Shown here piece after piece: positions 36,992 through 49,560 of a stretch of 64,000 nt of DNA. Position 1 is the stretch's first letter. The number at the start of each line of letters is the position of its first letter. The stretch covers positions 88,926,432-88,990,431 of the forward strand of contig NC_058132.1 in NCBI RefSeq assembly GCF_016433145.1, given 5' to 3'. The translations under genes and the position numbers were made by a program. The notes under the pieces were generated by a model, which made no database searches, was not told the origin of the DNA, and saw only the letters and a program-made list of their open reading frames with translations. The stretch is from Gracilinanus agilis (taxonomy: Eukaryota).

Positions 36992-38711
36992 ATATCTTAT
37001 GCCATTGACTATAACAACAACCTGCTAAGTATTATGATTTTCCTCAGAGATGATGAAATTTATGCAAATAGAGGTTAAATTTTTATTGTTTACAATTCCA
37101 GAGTCACCTTCTGTCTTAATCAAAGACATGTTATAATATGGAAAAAAAACCTGTTTTTTGAATATTTGAAATTGGGATCAAAATGGAAAATGACCAGGTA
37201 AAACAATTGTAGCTGATGACTGACAACCAGTCATTTCATTCACTACATTTGATAGATTATTTTTGTGTATTGATGGGTATTTTACATATGCTGTTAATAT
37301 CACCATTTATTTATTTTGCCACTTAATAGCTGTGTCAGATAGGCTGCAAAGTGGACAAAGTGCTGCCCCTGGAGTCAGAAAATCTTATCTTTATGAGTTC
37401 AAATCTGACCTCAGACATTTAATAGCTGTGTCCCTCTGGGTAAATCACTTAAACCTGTTTGCCCCAGTTTCCTCATCATGAGCTAAAGAAAGAAATGGCA
37501 AACTACTCCAGAATCTTTGCCAAGAAAATCCCAAACAGGGTTATGAAAAGTCATACAAGAATGAAAATGACAAAAGAACTATATATGATTTTGGATTAAT
37601 CACTTCACTTCAAGAGGCTCATTTGTAGAATGAGAATAATGATATCTCTGCTTTCCTCCTCTGCCAAATGATAGTTGTGAATATTAAATGACAATAACAG
37701 TTGATATTTATATATCATTTTAAGATTCAAAGCACTTTAAAGTTATTACACATTAAGCTTGAATTAGTAACCTTACAATTAAGGCACTTTATGGAGCACA
37801 AATTTTGAAAAAATTTGAGCATGAAAGAGAAGGGATGATCTTTTTGCTTTCCTTTGAATCGTTCTAGCATGTAGTACAGTAGCTGTCATATAATAGACAG
37901 TTATTAAATACTGGTTACCTGGTTTAATTCTTTAAGAAAAAGATTTCTGAATGATTTACCAAACGGAAGTAGTTCTACTTCATTTGTATTTGAAGGACAT
38001 GACCCTCCTCACAACCTATTTTCTTGGAGAAAAACAGTCCTGGAATGTAGGTCTGTTCTGAATTTCCAAATTATAAATATTTTTATAAAATATTATAAAA
38101 TAAAATTACTCTTTGCATCTAGAAGAGAAAAATGACAATAAAATATGTTTGCATTGTTTTTGAATCCAATATTTATTGGCACCAAATTATTTTCCAAAAT
38201 TTTTTCCTCTTCATTTGTAGTACAGGAAAATAAAATTATCCTATTTTTAGAATCTATCTACTCTGTAAAGGGAAGCCTTCTTGCATTGAATTTGTAAATT
38301 GCTCTTGTGTTGAATGTGCCTTTCTAGATAAATGGAATTTTTCCTGAGTGTATGTCTATTTCTTCTTCCCACTATATTAGGATATCCACAAAAGCAAGTA
38401 TTGTGTTTTCCCAAATCATTGGAAGCTCCTGAAAATCTTAAACATTGGTTTAAGGGAGCAACAAGGAGGCTTTTTGAGAATGAGACCCAAGCCAAGACAC
38501 ATGAGGTCCTAAGTTCAAATTTGGTCTCAGAAACTTCCCATCTGTGTGACCCTGAGCTAATCATATAACCTCCATTGCCTAGCCCTAATCTTTCTTATGC
38601 ATTGAATTCTATTGTTTTGATTGTAAGAATTGAATCTCAGACAGAAGGTAAAGGTTTAAAAAACAAAAACAAAAAAAGCAGTGATGCCTCATGGTTACCA
38701 TGTCCAAAATT

Positions 38712-39656
38712 TCAGAACTTTTTAGGGTGGAGCATCCTAAGGATTCTGACTCTGATTTCCTTCGTCTTGATGCTATAGACAATGGGATTAAGCATAGGGG
38801 GCACAAGGAAATGCAGATAAGAGAGAAGCATGTAGACCTGAGCTGGCATCTTTTTCCCAAAGCGATGGATCATGGATAGGCTGACAAGTGGTGTATAGAA
38901 GAGCAGGACAGCACAAATGTGTGAGATGCAGGTATTGAGAGCCTTGAGCCTTTCTGTATTGGATGCAATGCTCAGAACAGTATAGAGAATTAGCACATAG
39001 GAGAAGAGGATCAGCAAAGCATCAAGCCCTAGGGTGGAAAGCATTACAAAGAGACCAAGTGCACTATTGACTCTAGTATTGGAGCAGGCAAGCTTTAAAA
39101 CATCAGGGTGGACACAGTAGGAATGAGACAGGGTGCTAATGGATCTGAAATTGAGGCGGTTAAGGAGAACAGGCAAGGGAAGATGAAGGGCAGCACTTCG
39201 AGTAACAATAGCCAACCCAATGGCACCAATGCGCCAGTTGGTAAGAATAGTGGCATAGCGCAATGGCTCACGAATGGCAACACAACGGTCAAAAGCCATG
39301 GCAAGAAGCACAGCAGATTCAATGACTGAGAAAGTGTGGATAAAGAAGAGCTGTGCAAAGCATGTAGCTGAATTTATCTCCCTGTGGCCCAGAAGGAAGA
39401 CAGCTATCATGGAGGGCAGAGTAGATGCAGAAAGACCTAAGTCTGCCATTGAGAGCATAGAGAGGAAAAGATACATGGGGGTATGGAGGCTAGGAACTGA
39501 CTTGACAATGTACATGATGGCAATATTGCCTAGAAAAGAGAGGAGGTAGATGGAACAAACTGGGATAGCTGTCCAGTGGTGAGCATCCTCTAGTCCCGGT
39601 AGATCCATCAAGATGAAGATGAAGGAGCTGCTATTTCTGATGTTGGCAATGACCAT
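38712..39656 (-). CDS. Class I olfactory receptor, OR51 family, copy B; full-length ORF with DRY changed to DRC
   Basis: 314 aa with 13 amino-acid differences from copy A. All OR motifs are present; the TM3 motif reads MAFDRCVAI. Confidence 0.93.
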   Translation of the reverse strand: MVIANIRNSSSFIFILMDLPGLEDAHHWTAIPVCSIYLLSFLGNIAIMYIVKSVPSLHTPMYLFLSMLSMADLGLSASTLPSMIAVFLLGHREINSATCFAQLFFIHTFSVIESAVLLAMAFDRCVAIREPLRYATILTNWRIGAIGLAIVTRSAALHLPLPVLLNRLNFRSISTLSHSYCVHPDVLKLACSNTRVNSALGLFVMLSTLGLDALLILFSYVLILYTVLSIASNTERLKALNTCISHICAVLLFYTPLVSLSMIHRFGKKMPAQVYMLLSYLHFLVPPMLNPIVYSIKTKEIRVRILRMLHPKKF

Positions 39657-42600
39657 GGTGACCTAGGGTGCTGTTCGCCTTGAGGAAACCTGTGGAATTG
39701 CAGAAGTTGTCTCTTCTTCCTTCCTCCTCCTCCCAAGAAAGCAAACAGGACTCACAAATAATGGCTTTTGGTAGGTCTGCTCTTCTCTCTTTCTGTTTCT
39801 CCCTTCTTATTGAACATTTGCCCTTGTACTCTTTACTATTCCAGCAGACAGACAAGTGGGCATAGTGGTTTAATGTATTAGATTCTTTTGTCAAGAACTA
39901 TTTGTAAACTATGTTTGTATTGTTCAATATTCTCTTCTGCAAGAACTTTATTAGAAAAAAAATTCTGAAGAATTTTATTACTGAACAATCCTATAAATGC
40001 AACAAACTGCTAAACAATGATGGGTTAATTTAATTGAAGGCATATTAGATAAATATTTAAACCTGGTGTGCAAATGATTCTTATAGATCCTGGTCTTCAA
40101 AGTAAGTATAGAAGAATCTTCCTTCACTCCTCTTCTGAAAGAAAGAAAATTTTAAATATAAAAGTCAGAAATAACTTTTCATTAGAAAATCCAATACTTG
40201 GAACTGGTAATAGAAGGTGAAAACAAAAGATATGGTCTGCTTCAAGTATAATGTTGCTGTGCCTAGTATCCTGTCAATTTTCTTTTCTCTCTGTTGCATG
40301 TTAAAAATATTGGAGGAAAGAGAATATAATAAGGTATCTTAAATCTACAGCAAATTACTACAACCATGGATTGAAATAAGGTATTCAGAAAAAACAGTGC
40401 AGATTCTATAATGTATATAGAATTTTTTTACAATCTAGAAAAGGGGGTTTGGGACATAAGCCAATGGGAAGATTGAGGGTAAACTACCAGGAAGAATTTT
40501 TAACTATAAGCTAAAAGAGGTAGAGGGATTTAAGAAGCTATATCATTTATTTTTAATCAATGGAAAAATTAGTTTGAAAGGCAAAAGCAGTTAAGCATTA
40601 GTGGGAGTGATTCAAAATTATACCTTTAACTTTTTCTACCATGGACCCAGTCTGCCTTCCTATTAGGCCAGATCTCCTTATTTAATTTATTTAAGCTTAT
40701 TTCACAGATACAGTATTAAGGAGATCAGAGGGCTGCTCCACCCTGGTTATAGTGATAATGAGAAGCTCAGAGGTCTGTGATAGAAACACTCACAAAATAT
40801 TATGGCTACAGTTTCCTTTGACAATATTGTAAAAAAGTTCTCTTCATCCTTTTGGGTTAGACAAGATGTTGGGGTATGATATTGGTGATATGACTACTAC
40901 TAATTATTGTTAAATCATCCTGAAGTTGCTCAAGGTAAAATATCCAGACACTAATGTTCTCTGTGAACTGGCTGTTCTGACAAAACAAAGAAGTTAGCAA
41001 TGAGACAACACATGTGATTGCTAAGAGGTACATAGATATGGTGACCAAAATCCAATAATTAAAATATCAATACATTTTGCTCTAGAAGTGATCTAGAAGG
41101 GTTTGAGAGTGAGAGAAACTATGACAACTTCAAGACAATCTGAGCTAGATAGAGTGTGGTATTTGATATATACATACCTTTTTGTCACTACATGGTACTA
41201 TTCATCTACTTCAGGGTGTTCTAAGGAGATAAGATCAATCAATGAATAATGATAATAATAATAACCACTAACATTTTTACAATGCTTTAAAGTTTTTCAA
41301 AGAGTTTTATAAATATGATCTCATTTGATTCTCATAACAACTCTGGGATGTAGATGGCATTATTACCCACATTTTGCAGATGAGCGAATTAAGGCAGACT
41401 AAGGTTAAATGACATACTACAGGTGACATACCTAGTAAATATCTGATATTGGATTTGAACTAATTTTTTCCTGAGACAAGATACACTGACCCATTCCCTG
41501 TACCTACTTCATGTCTCAATGAGATCATAAGGAGACTGGAACACACACATAAAAAAAAATTATATTTCTCTAATAAAATTGGTTCCTAAACATGGAAGTC
41601 AAAATTTGCATTTAGAAAAGTCTTCTTTTAGCTGTCTGGCTTTGATTAAAGGGGATTTTTCTTATAGATAATTCTTAGTCCCTTTTGGCTTCAGAAGGAA
41701 GGAGAAATTTTCTCCATTCAACCCACAAAATCTCTTTTACTAGACTCAATTTTTAATTGTTTTTATCCCTCAATTAAACATAAATTATTAAACATGCATA
41801 TCCATTGAGAAAGTAGGAAATTAGAGTGATGTTTCAATTCAAAACCACATCCATGAGGATAAAAATAGGACCTACCTGAAGATTTTTGATTGTGAGAATT
41901 AAATGAGATAATATTTGTAAAGGCTTTTGCAAAATTTAAAGTACTATATTGGCACTAGTTATTATTTCATCTGCTTTCTGCTCTGTGGATCAAGAGATAG
42001 TCTTTCATCTGCAATTTTCAAAAATGCCTTAATAAATAATTATTGAAATGACAGAAATTAGTATAAAGTCTAGATTTGTAATTCCATTGGAATAGGGATA
42101 TCCTGGGAGGGTAAACTCCTTCCTAAGGAACTCAACATCTCTGTAATTTATAATTTTCGAGAATTGTTTAGAGCAGATGTGCCAAACACTTGGGGGGAGG
42201 GGGGATTAGCATTCCCAAGTATTGCCTGAAAAAGTCTAAAATATAACTGGTAAGTATTTAGCTACCTAAATAAAAATAAAATAAAACATGAATAAGATTA
42301 ATATATAGCTTCCTTTGGCACTGTGCAGTTGGCAAGGATCCTTAAGTATAGTGGAATGGCTTTGTTTTTATTTAAGCTTGAACTTGGTGCTCTAACCACT
42401 GAGAAATTACTTTCCCATGATTACACAAGCCAGTATGTATGAGAAGTAGACTTGAACCCAAGTCTTTCTGATCTGAGGCCAGATTTCTATTCATTAACCC
42501 TAGGTACTACCTTCTGAAGATAAGGTTCCCCACGAGGTTATTGTACAATAGTTTGGCTGTGTGAAAAAGGAGTGAAACCTGAAACTGATTAAAGAATCAA

Positions 42601-42814
42601 GAAGAAAAGACTCATGAAATTTGAGGGATAGGTTGAGTTGGCCATAGGGTTGGATCAAGAGACTCAGGTTTAAACAGAGAGATATCTCTGGAACTAGAAA
42701 AACTGCTTATCTCTCTGGCACTGTAATAGTGTCCCAAAAGTCTCAGTTTTGGAAACCAACCCTGTAACCTCCACATCTTTGTGATAGAGGCCAGAACTTG
42801 ATGATTCAATGTAA

Positions 42815-44380
42815 ACTCACCTTTGGAGTTGAACAGAGAACAAGTGGCATACCTATCCCTTTCAAATGGAAAAGAGACACATCTATGTTCCTCCAGAGTT
42901 GAGAAGAAAGTTATGGCCTAGGATGGACTAGTGACAATTTTTCTAGGCTCAATTCATAACTAAGATGCTTAGGGAGAAGGGGACCCTATGTTCTCTGCTC
43001 TCTACAATCCAAGTATTAAAATGCAGCATTAGTGTTTAAACCAAACTTGCAGTATCCTTTATGTTTTCCAAGTGGCCTCTGCATCTTGATTTTGGAATAC
43101 TGAGTACCTAGGATGGCTAGGTGGGAGAGAATGTGTCAGAAATAGAGACAGAAGTCTAGTATACCCTACTTATGCAAGATCTGGAGCAAAAAGGATCAAA
43201 TTGGTCATCCGGATCTATGATGATTGGTTTATAGAAAGGAATATAACAGGAGATGGGAAATAAAGTCAACACTTCAAAGACCATATGGAGCTGGAGTCCT
43301 TAATTATGACTTCAAGATTAAGAGGGTAAGCAAAGGTCATCTACAAAACACTGCCATGAAATCCATCTACTCATAACTCTAAGTATGATTCCATCTCCAC
43401 AGTAATGGTCAGGAATGGAAGGTTATACCTTCCTCCCTTCTACCAGGGATATATCTAATAGGTTGATGCAAGAGATTCATCCCAGTCCCTTCGATTTCTT
43501 AGTTGAGACAATGGAAGCTATGTATGAATGTTTCCCTGTATGTATGTGTGTGTATAATACATATATATATGTATATATATATTCATTCAGAACATTCAGA
43601 AATATATACATATATAAATATATATTAATATTTAAAAGTATATACAGATTATACATATATATATTTGTATATAAATCTGTATTTGTATGTGTTTATACTG
43701 TTTTGAGTCTGAAGTTAGGAAGACCTGAATTTAAATCTGGTTTTAGATACTACCTAGCTATGTTACTTTGGGCAAGTCACTGAACCCTGTTTGATGAAGT
43801 TTTCTCATCTGCAAAATGAGTTGGAGAAGAAAATTTAAAAGCAACACAGTATCTTTGCCAAGAACACTCCAGATGAGGTCAGGAATAATTGAATACAATT
43901 TAAATAATTGAATAACAGACAACAAACACATATATGTAAAATGACGTAACACTGGAGCTCAGACTTGGACCACTTTTCAAAACTAGAGATTGAGGAGAAA
44001 TTATGTGATGACATCAGAGAATTTATACAAGTACTGAGCTCAAATCTCTCCTAGACACGAAGAGTCTAAGGGAAGTGTAGAGCTCTATCTAGAAAATTTT
44101 AATACTTTCCTCCCTGTCATTTTGGAAGCTCCCTCCCAAGATTTTCTCAAAGCTTTGGTAGAATCAAGAAGGTAAAGATCCAGAGACCCACACACTCACC
44201 TTTGCAGAGCATCCTGCCTCTCTCTTTAGATATAAAGTGAATGAAGGACATAAGCACCGCTGGCCTGGAAAACACCCAGGGCCTTCAAGGCTCTCCTTGC
44301 TGTGAACTCAGGAAGTTTATGTGGCCCTGATCTGTCTCTCTATGGAGACTATCAGACTTAAAAGTCCCAGGAGATCAATA
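42815..44380 (-). promoter_or_regulatory. Predicted promoter and two 5' non-coding exons of OR copy B
   Basis: Donors AAG|GTGAGT (intron starts at 44199 and 42820). Olf/EBF-like TCCCAGGAG at 44365-44373. Confidence 0.5.
43540..43695. repeat. (TA)-rich degenerate microsatellite
   Basis: Direct read; lies in the block present only in copy B. Confidence 0.85.
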
Positions 44381-45469
44381 CTAAACTCTAGAGGCATCTG
44401 GCTTTACAACCGTGTTAACTATGTATGTGCTAGGTTAGACAGGCTGACTCAAACAGTGGCTAAGAGTAAAGATGCTAGCTATATGGCAATAGCCCCCCAC
44501 CCCAGTCAGGAAAACCTGAGTCTAAATCTAACCTCAGGCACTTACTCACTGTGTGATCCTGGACCAGTCACTTAACCTCTGTTTGCTTTTATATTTTTTC
44601 TATCTGCAAAATAAATATAATAATAGTACCTACCTCAGAGCATTATTGTGAGGTTCAAATAAGGTCATAATGGTAAATAACTTAGCCCAGTGCCTGGAAC
44701 ATAGTAAGCACTAAATAAATATTAGGTATTATCACCATTAGCTTGATCTGTCTCAATACTGGTTCAGATATTTAGATAAAAGAGTTAACAGAGGAAACAT
44801 GGACCTGGCCCCATGGATTTCATAGTGTAGTTGGAGAAATAAGACTCACACAATGCCATAAATGGATAGAATTATGGCAAAATACATCATTATTCAAGTA
44901 CATGCCAATGGCTTAAAAATGGAGTACAAAGAATGAATGGATGCATGAATGAAAATTTATTAAGGACTTATTCTATCATAGGCATTGTGCAAAATATTGG
45001 AGATACAAACATAAGCAATCAAAAATATTCCTTTTCCTCAGGGAGCTTATAATATAATAATAGAAGATAACACATAAAGAAATGTGATTAGGGGAAAACA
45101 TGTTGGTCTTGAAAGTCACAGGACTGTGAGTAGAGTTCACTCAGCAGATTTACTTATCCTTTGCAGAAATAACAAGAGTATTAATTTGCTTTCTTTCCCC
45201 AAAAGTAGAGGTAGAAAATATATGTGTACAGTAGTAAATGGCCATATTAATCTAGGATGTTGATAAATCCAAAGATCCATGCTTTTGGAGCAAGGACTCA
45301 CTCATAGACAAAAATTGCTTGAAAAAATGGAAAGAAGTATAACAAAAATGAGATTTAGACCAATATTTCATACTTTTACCAAAATAACACCAAAATAGGG
45401 ACATGATTTAAACACAAAGGTAATGCCATAAGCAAAACATGGGAATATGGAATGATTTACTTGTGAAGT

Positions 45470-47140
45470 TGAAGCCAAGATAAGGAATGGAAAGCTTAAA
45501 CCTCTCTATGAATCCTCTCTAATTAACCTTATGATATTGCTTCAAAACAAATACTGGAGTGACAACCATCAAGGGATCAGAAGTTATATTCCTATAGAAA
45601 ACAAGGTAGATAAAGACGGCCTGTATCACTGAGGCAAGAAGAGAATTTAGACCACAGAAATCCTGAACTTAGGAACACTTGTGCAAGCCAAGAGCAAGCC
45701 CCCACCACCCCACTCCTAATGCTGGAGGTTTTGAAACTTGGCTCAACACAAAATCGAGACCTTTGCCTAAGCAAAGAACCCTTATGCCCACTCCTTGAAG
45801 TTCCAAGTCCTAGCACAAGACTGCAGTGAGACACCAAACCCTATCACAAGGCTCATAGTGCCACCAGCTGGTACAAGCCCAAGGGGAGGCCCAAAGCCCC
45901 TCTTTAAAGAGTAACTAAAACTTACAGAAACCTACAACTAGTGCTAAGGGTAGCAGCAAAGAAAATAAAGTCTGGGAAAATGAGCAAACATAAAAAACAA
46001 ACAAATAAAAAAAAAAACACCTAAACACAGGAAATTGTTATGGAGATGAAGAAAAGCATGGCAGAAACTCAGAAAGGGACAGTGAAATCAAAGCAGCTAC
46101 ATGTAAATCTTCAAAGAAAAATGTGAATTGATCTCAGGCTCTGGAAGACTTCAAAAACAATTTGAAAAATCAAAATAGAGAAGGCACAGTCAAGCAAAAT
46201 AATTTACTTATCAGATCTATTGAAAAGGGAAGAATTTATGACCAAACAAGGAAATGAAGAACATTACAAGATGTAAAAAAGACAATTTTGATTATATTAA
46301 ATTAAAAAAAAAGTTTTACAGAAACAAAAGCAATGCAACCAAAATTAAAAGGGAAACAGGAGATCTGGTGGGTGGTAATTTATAGCAAGATTTTCATAAA
46401 GACCTCATTTCTCAAATAGTAAAATTTATAAGAATGTAAGTCATTCTCCAATTGATAAATGGTCAAAGAGGAAGTCTTCAAATGAAGAAATCAAAGCTAC
46501 TTATAGTCATATAAAAATGTTCTAAATATATTGACTGGAGAAATTCAAATTAAAACAAGTCTGAGGTACCTGTCATATTGACTAATAAGACAGAAATGGA
46601 AAATGCTGAAAGTTTGGGACACTAATGAATTGTTGGTGTAGTGGTGAATTGATCCAACCTCTCTGGAGAGCAATTTTCAACTACATTCAAAGGGCTCCAA
46701 AACTTTTCATACCATATGATCTAGCAATACCATTACTAGGTCTGTATCCTGGAGAGATTTTTAAAATGGGGAGAGGACTAATTTGTAGAAAAATATTTTT
46801 GCTGCTCTTTTTTAAGATGGAAAATAATTAGAAGAAGAGAATAATTGAACAAGTTGTGGTCTATGATTTTAATGTAGTACTCTTGTGCTAGGAAAAAAAA
46901 TCAACAAGCAGGACAGTTACAGGAAAAAAAAACTCTTGGAAAACCTACATGAATAAATTCAAAGTGAAGTGAGTAGAACCAGAACACTGCACACAACAAC
47001 AGCAATATTATATGATGATCAATTGTGAATGGTTCAGCTATTCTCAGCAATACAGTGATCCAAAACACTTCTAAAGGATTCATGATGAATGCTATCTTAC
47101 TCCAGAAAAAGAAATAATTGAGGCTGACTGCATATTGAAA
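45470..47140 (+). mobile_element. Old L1: 5' UTR/ORF1 start joined to internally deleted ORF2 3' remnants
   Basis: L1-like 5' region shared with copy A up to about 45860, then L1 3' motifs (ccattccccaattgataaatgg-like, gatctagcaataccattactagg). Confidence 0.6.
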
Positions 47141-47182
47141 CTACTAACAGCCTCATAATTTAAATTGTAATTAGTATAATTT

Positions 47183-47200
47183 TGACAACCACAAAGGGAC
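47183..47200 (+). other. Retroviral primer-binding site, tRNA-Arg(TCG)-type
   Basis: tgacaaccacaaagggac versus TGGCGACCACGAAGGGAC (complement of the tRNA-Arg-TCG 3' end as I recall it): 15/18. All three mismatches are G>A, two at CpG. Confidence 0.7.
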
Positions 47201-47898
47201 ACAATCTCTTCTCCTGCTGTTGTTTCCCCTCTCCTTTTTCCCTTTTCCCTTCTCCTTTCTCCCTTCTCCCTTCAGGAAACCTTTCAGAGCTTTACAAGAC
47301 TCATTGCCTACAGCTGCCTACCAGGAAAGCCAGGCAGCCAGGTCTCTGCCAGACAGAAGCTGGTCCTGCTGCTGCTTGCTGTTGCTGCTGTTGTTTGTTG
47401 TTGCTGCTACTGGTAAGCTTGAAACTCCATGCCCCAACCCCAGCCCACAGGAGGGGGATTTTTTTCCCTTACCAAGCAGCAAGTCCTCCCTCCTAATTAA
47501 TTCTTTTTTTCATCCACCTCAGCTTGCTTCCTTTTAGCTAAAACCTTTTCCAATTCCAACTGAGAGGTATCTTTGCCCCTAAAAATCCAGCTCAAAAATC
47601 CTTACCAAAAAACAAAAACCTCCTCAATCCTGCCTTTGTAGGCAGATTCAGATTCTCCATACTCCCACCTGAATTCTACCCCCAACCCATTGCCTCTTCA
47701 CCAGTAGAGGACATTATTGAGCACTCAGTTTTGCCTCCTGCTGAACTGCAGTGTTTGCTTTTTCTGCCACTGGAGATAGGCAATAAAATCATATATCATA
47801 TAAAAATATAATAAATACTATAAAATAGATCTTTATAAAATACAACACAAAGCATCATGATTGCTACTTTAAAAGAAACCTTTTTGACTTTCATTGAA

Positions 47899-48820
47899 AT
47901 GGGAACATTTAAACCCTCAGAATGTGTCCTTCTCTTTTTGTTGCTGGAGAATTTTCTATATCAATTTCTAAATATGAAGGCACAAAAACTTATCATACAA
48001 AAATGTATGCTGAAATGCAAGCTGACATTCAAAACCAGTTGATCAATTTTAAGAACTCCTTAAATGGTCCAATTATAAGAGGTAATTCCATCCAAGATAT
48101 ATATGATTCAAACCCTATTCCTGAACTACCCAAAGAAATTGATACTGAAACAAACACAGAAGACCACTCTCCTATGTCTCGGATGGAAAACAGCCTCTCT
48201 CGTATTGAACAACTCCTGACTAACTTTCTCTCTCTTCCTCCTTCTCTTGATGATCCATCTTGCCCTGACTCTTCTCCCAACCCACCACCAACCACAGCCC
48301 CAAGAAAACCTCATCCTCCTACCAACTACCTCAGTATCCACAAAGACACCTTCTATAAAACCACTACCACTGACAAAATTCCAATGAAGGCCTTTTCCCT
48401 TTAAGGGAAGTGCCCACACTACTACAAACAGGGAATATGATAAAAGTAAAACAACACAGCCTTTTCACACTCCAGGATATTAAAGAATTTAAATGCGTTG
48501 TCTTTAGTTATGAAGATGAACCTGTCCTGAAAACAAACAAAAAAATGGCCGAAATATTCTTTCATTTTGATCCATTGTACAAAGATATTTAACAATTACC
48601 CCAAGCCTTTTTAACAGAACATGAGAGGAATAAGATCATCTCTCATGTCAATAAAGTCCGAGGGCACAATCAGCACACTGGCCACCTGTGGATCCTCATT
48701 GGGACTATAATGAGAATGATGAATACATGGAACTACATTGAGCTAGGGAAGCCATTCTAAGGTCAATGAGAGAAAATTCTTAAAGGGCAGATGGATGGAT
48801 TAAATTTGAATGCCTTAAAC
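47899..48820 (+). pseudogene. ERV gag remnant (MA, Pro-rich p12-like region, capsid p30), frameshifted
   Basis: Reconstructed LFPLREVPTLLQ...LFTLQDIKEFK...DPLYKDI*QLPQAFLTEHERNKII...VRG...HWPPVDPHWDYN...REAILRSMR. This follows the gammaretroviral capsid pattern (PLR start, QQLLxxLLTxEE, PDWDY). Confidence 0.85.
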
Positions 48821-49024
48821 CAGTTATGTGCAAACTACAGCCTGCAGGCCAGATGTGGTCCCTGAAATGTTCTATCCAGCCCTGTGCAACATTATTCCTA
48901 ATCTAACAAATACAATGAGTAGGATACAATAAAATGAAACTTTGAAAGAGTTGCCATAGAAATAGACTGACAAATGAGCATTTCTTTTCCTTTGGCCCTT
49001 CTTTAAAATGTTTGCCCATCACTG
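48821..49024. mobile_element. hAT-superfamily MITE (204 bp)
   Basis: 15-bp TIRs: cagttatgtgcaaac on the left and the reverse complement cagtgatgggcaaac on the right. 8-bp TSD-like flanks ccttaaac (48813-48820) and gcttatac (49025-49032). Confidence 0.85.
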
Positions 49025-49560
49025 GCTTATACTGATTCTATATGACTATTGTTTGTATTTGACTAAGACTCTTCTATTGCTAGATCTATACTATTTTGTT
49101 CCATTACATATTATTGATCCTTCTACTTAAACAAATTGCCCCAATAAAACAATACATATACTACCTAAAAAAAGAAAGATCTGTATTAGTGACCTATATT
49201 GACCTTTCTTTTATAACATCTTGTGCCTTTTATGAATTTTTTTTTATTTCATAGAATATATTATTGGTTTTTTACCTCCACTCTTTTATCTTCTTCATTT
49301 GCACAAACACTGTGGATCATGGCAAGTTAAAAGGGAAATGAATCTTATTTTTTGGAAAGTAGCCTCTATATTTTACCTCTATGATTATGAAATATATACA
49401 TTTTAAAAATATTTTTGTTTCTCTTCCTACATGTGCAACACAGTATTTGATTTTTTCTTTCATTTTTTGCATTTTAATCACACATGACCAATATTAAAAA
49501 GATTTTAACTGTTTTGATTTTAGCAATAGAATAAGCTAAGATGTACATTTGCCTAGCATA

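Larger units (their letters stand above)
34439..45860. repeat. Local segmental duplication, copy B (about 11.4 kb)
   Basis: Colinear with 17614-29270. It lacks 543 bp of A (about 18731-19270) and carries about 590 bp missing from A (about 43341-43930). Confidence 0.95.

Noticed and set aside
43415-43783. 122-aa ORF rich in Y/I/V
   Set aside because: It runs through a TA microsatellite and a SINE, so it is a compositional artefact.
47182-47537. Cys/Leu-repeat ORFs (AAACCCCCCLLLLLL) as a novel peptide
   Set aside because: They are translations of the low-complexity pyrimidine and CTG/GTT tracts of the ERV leader.
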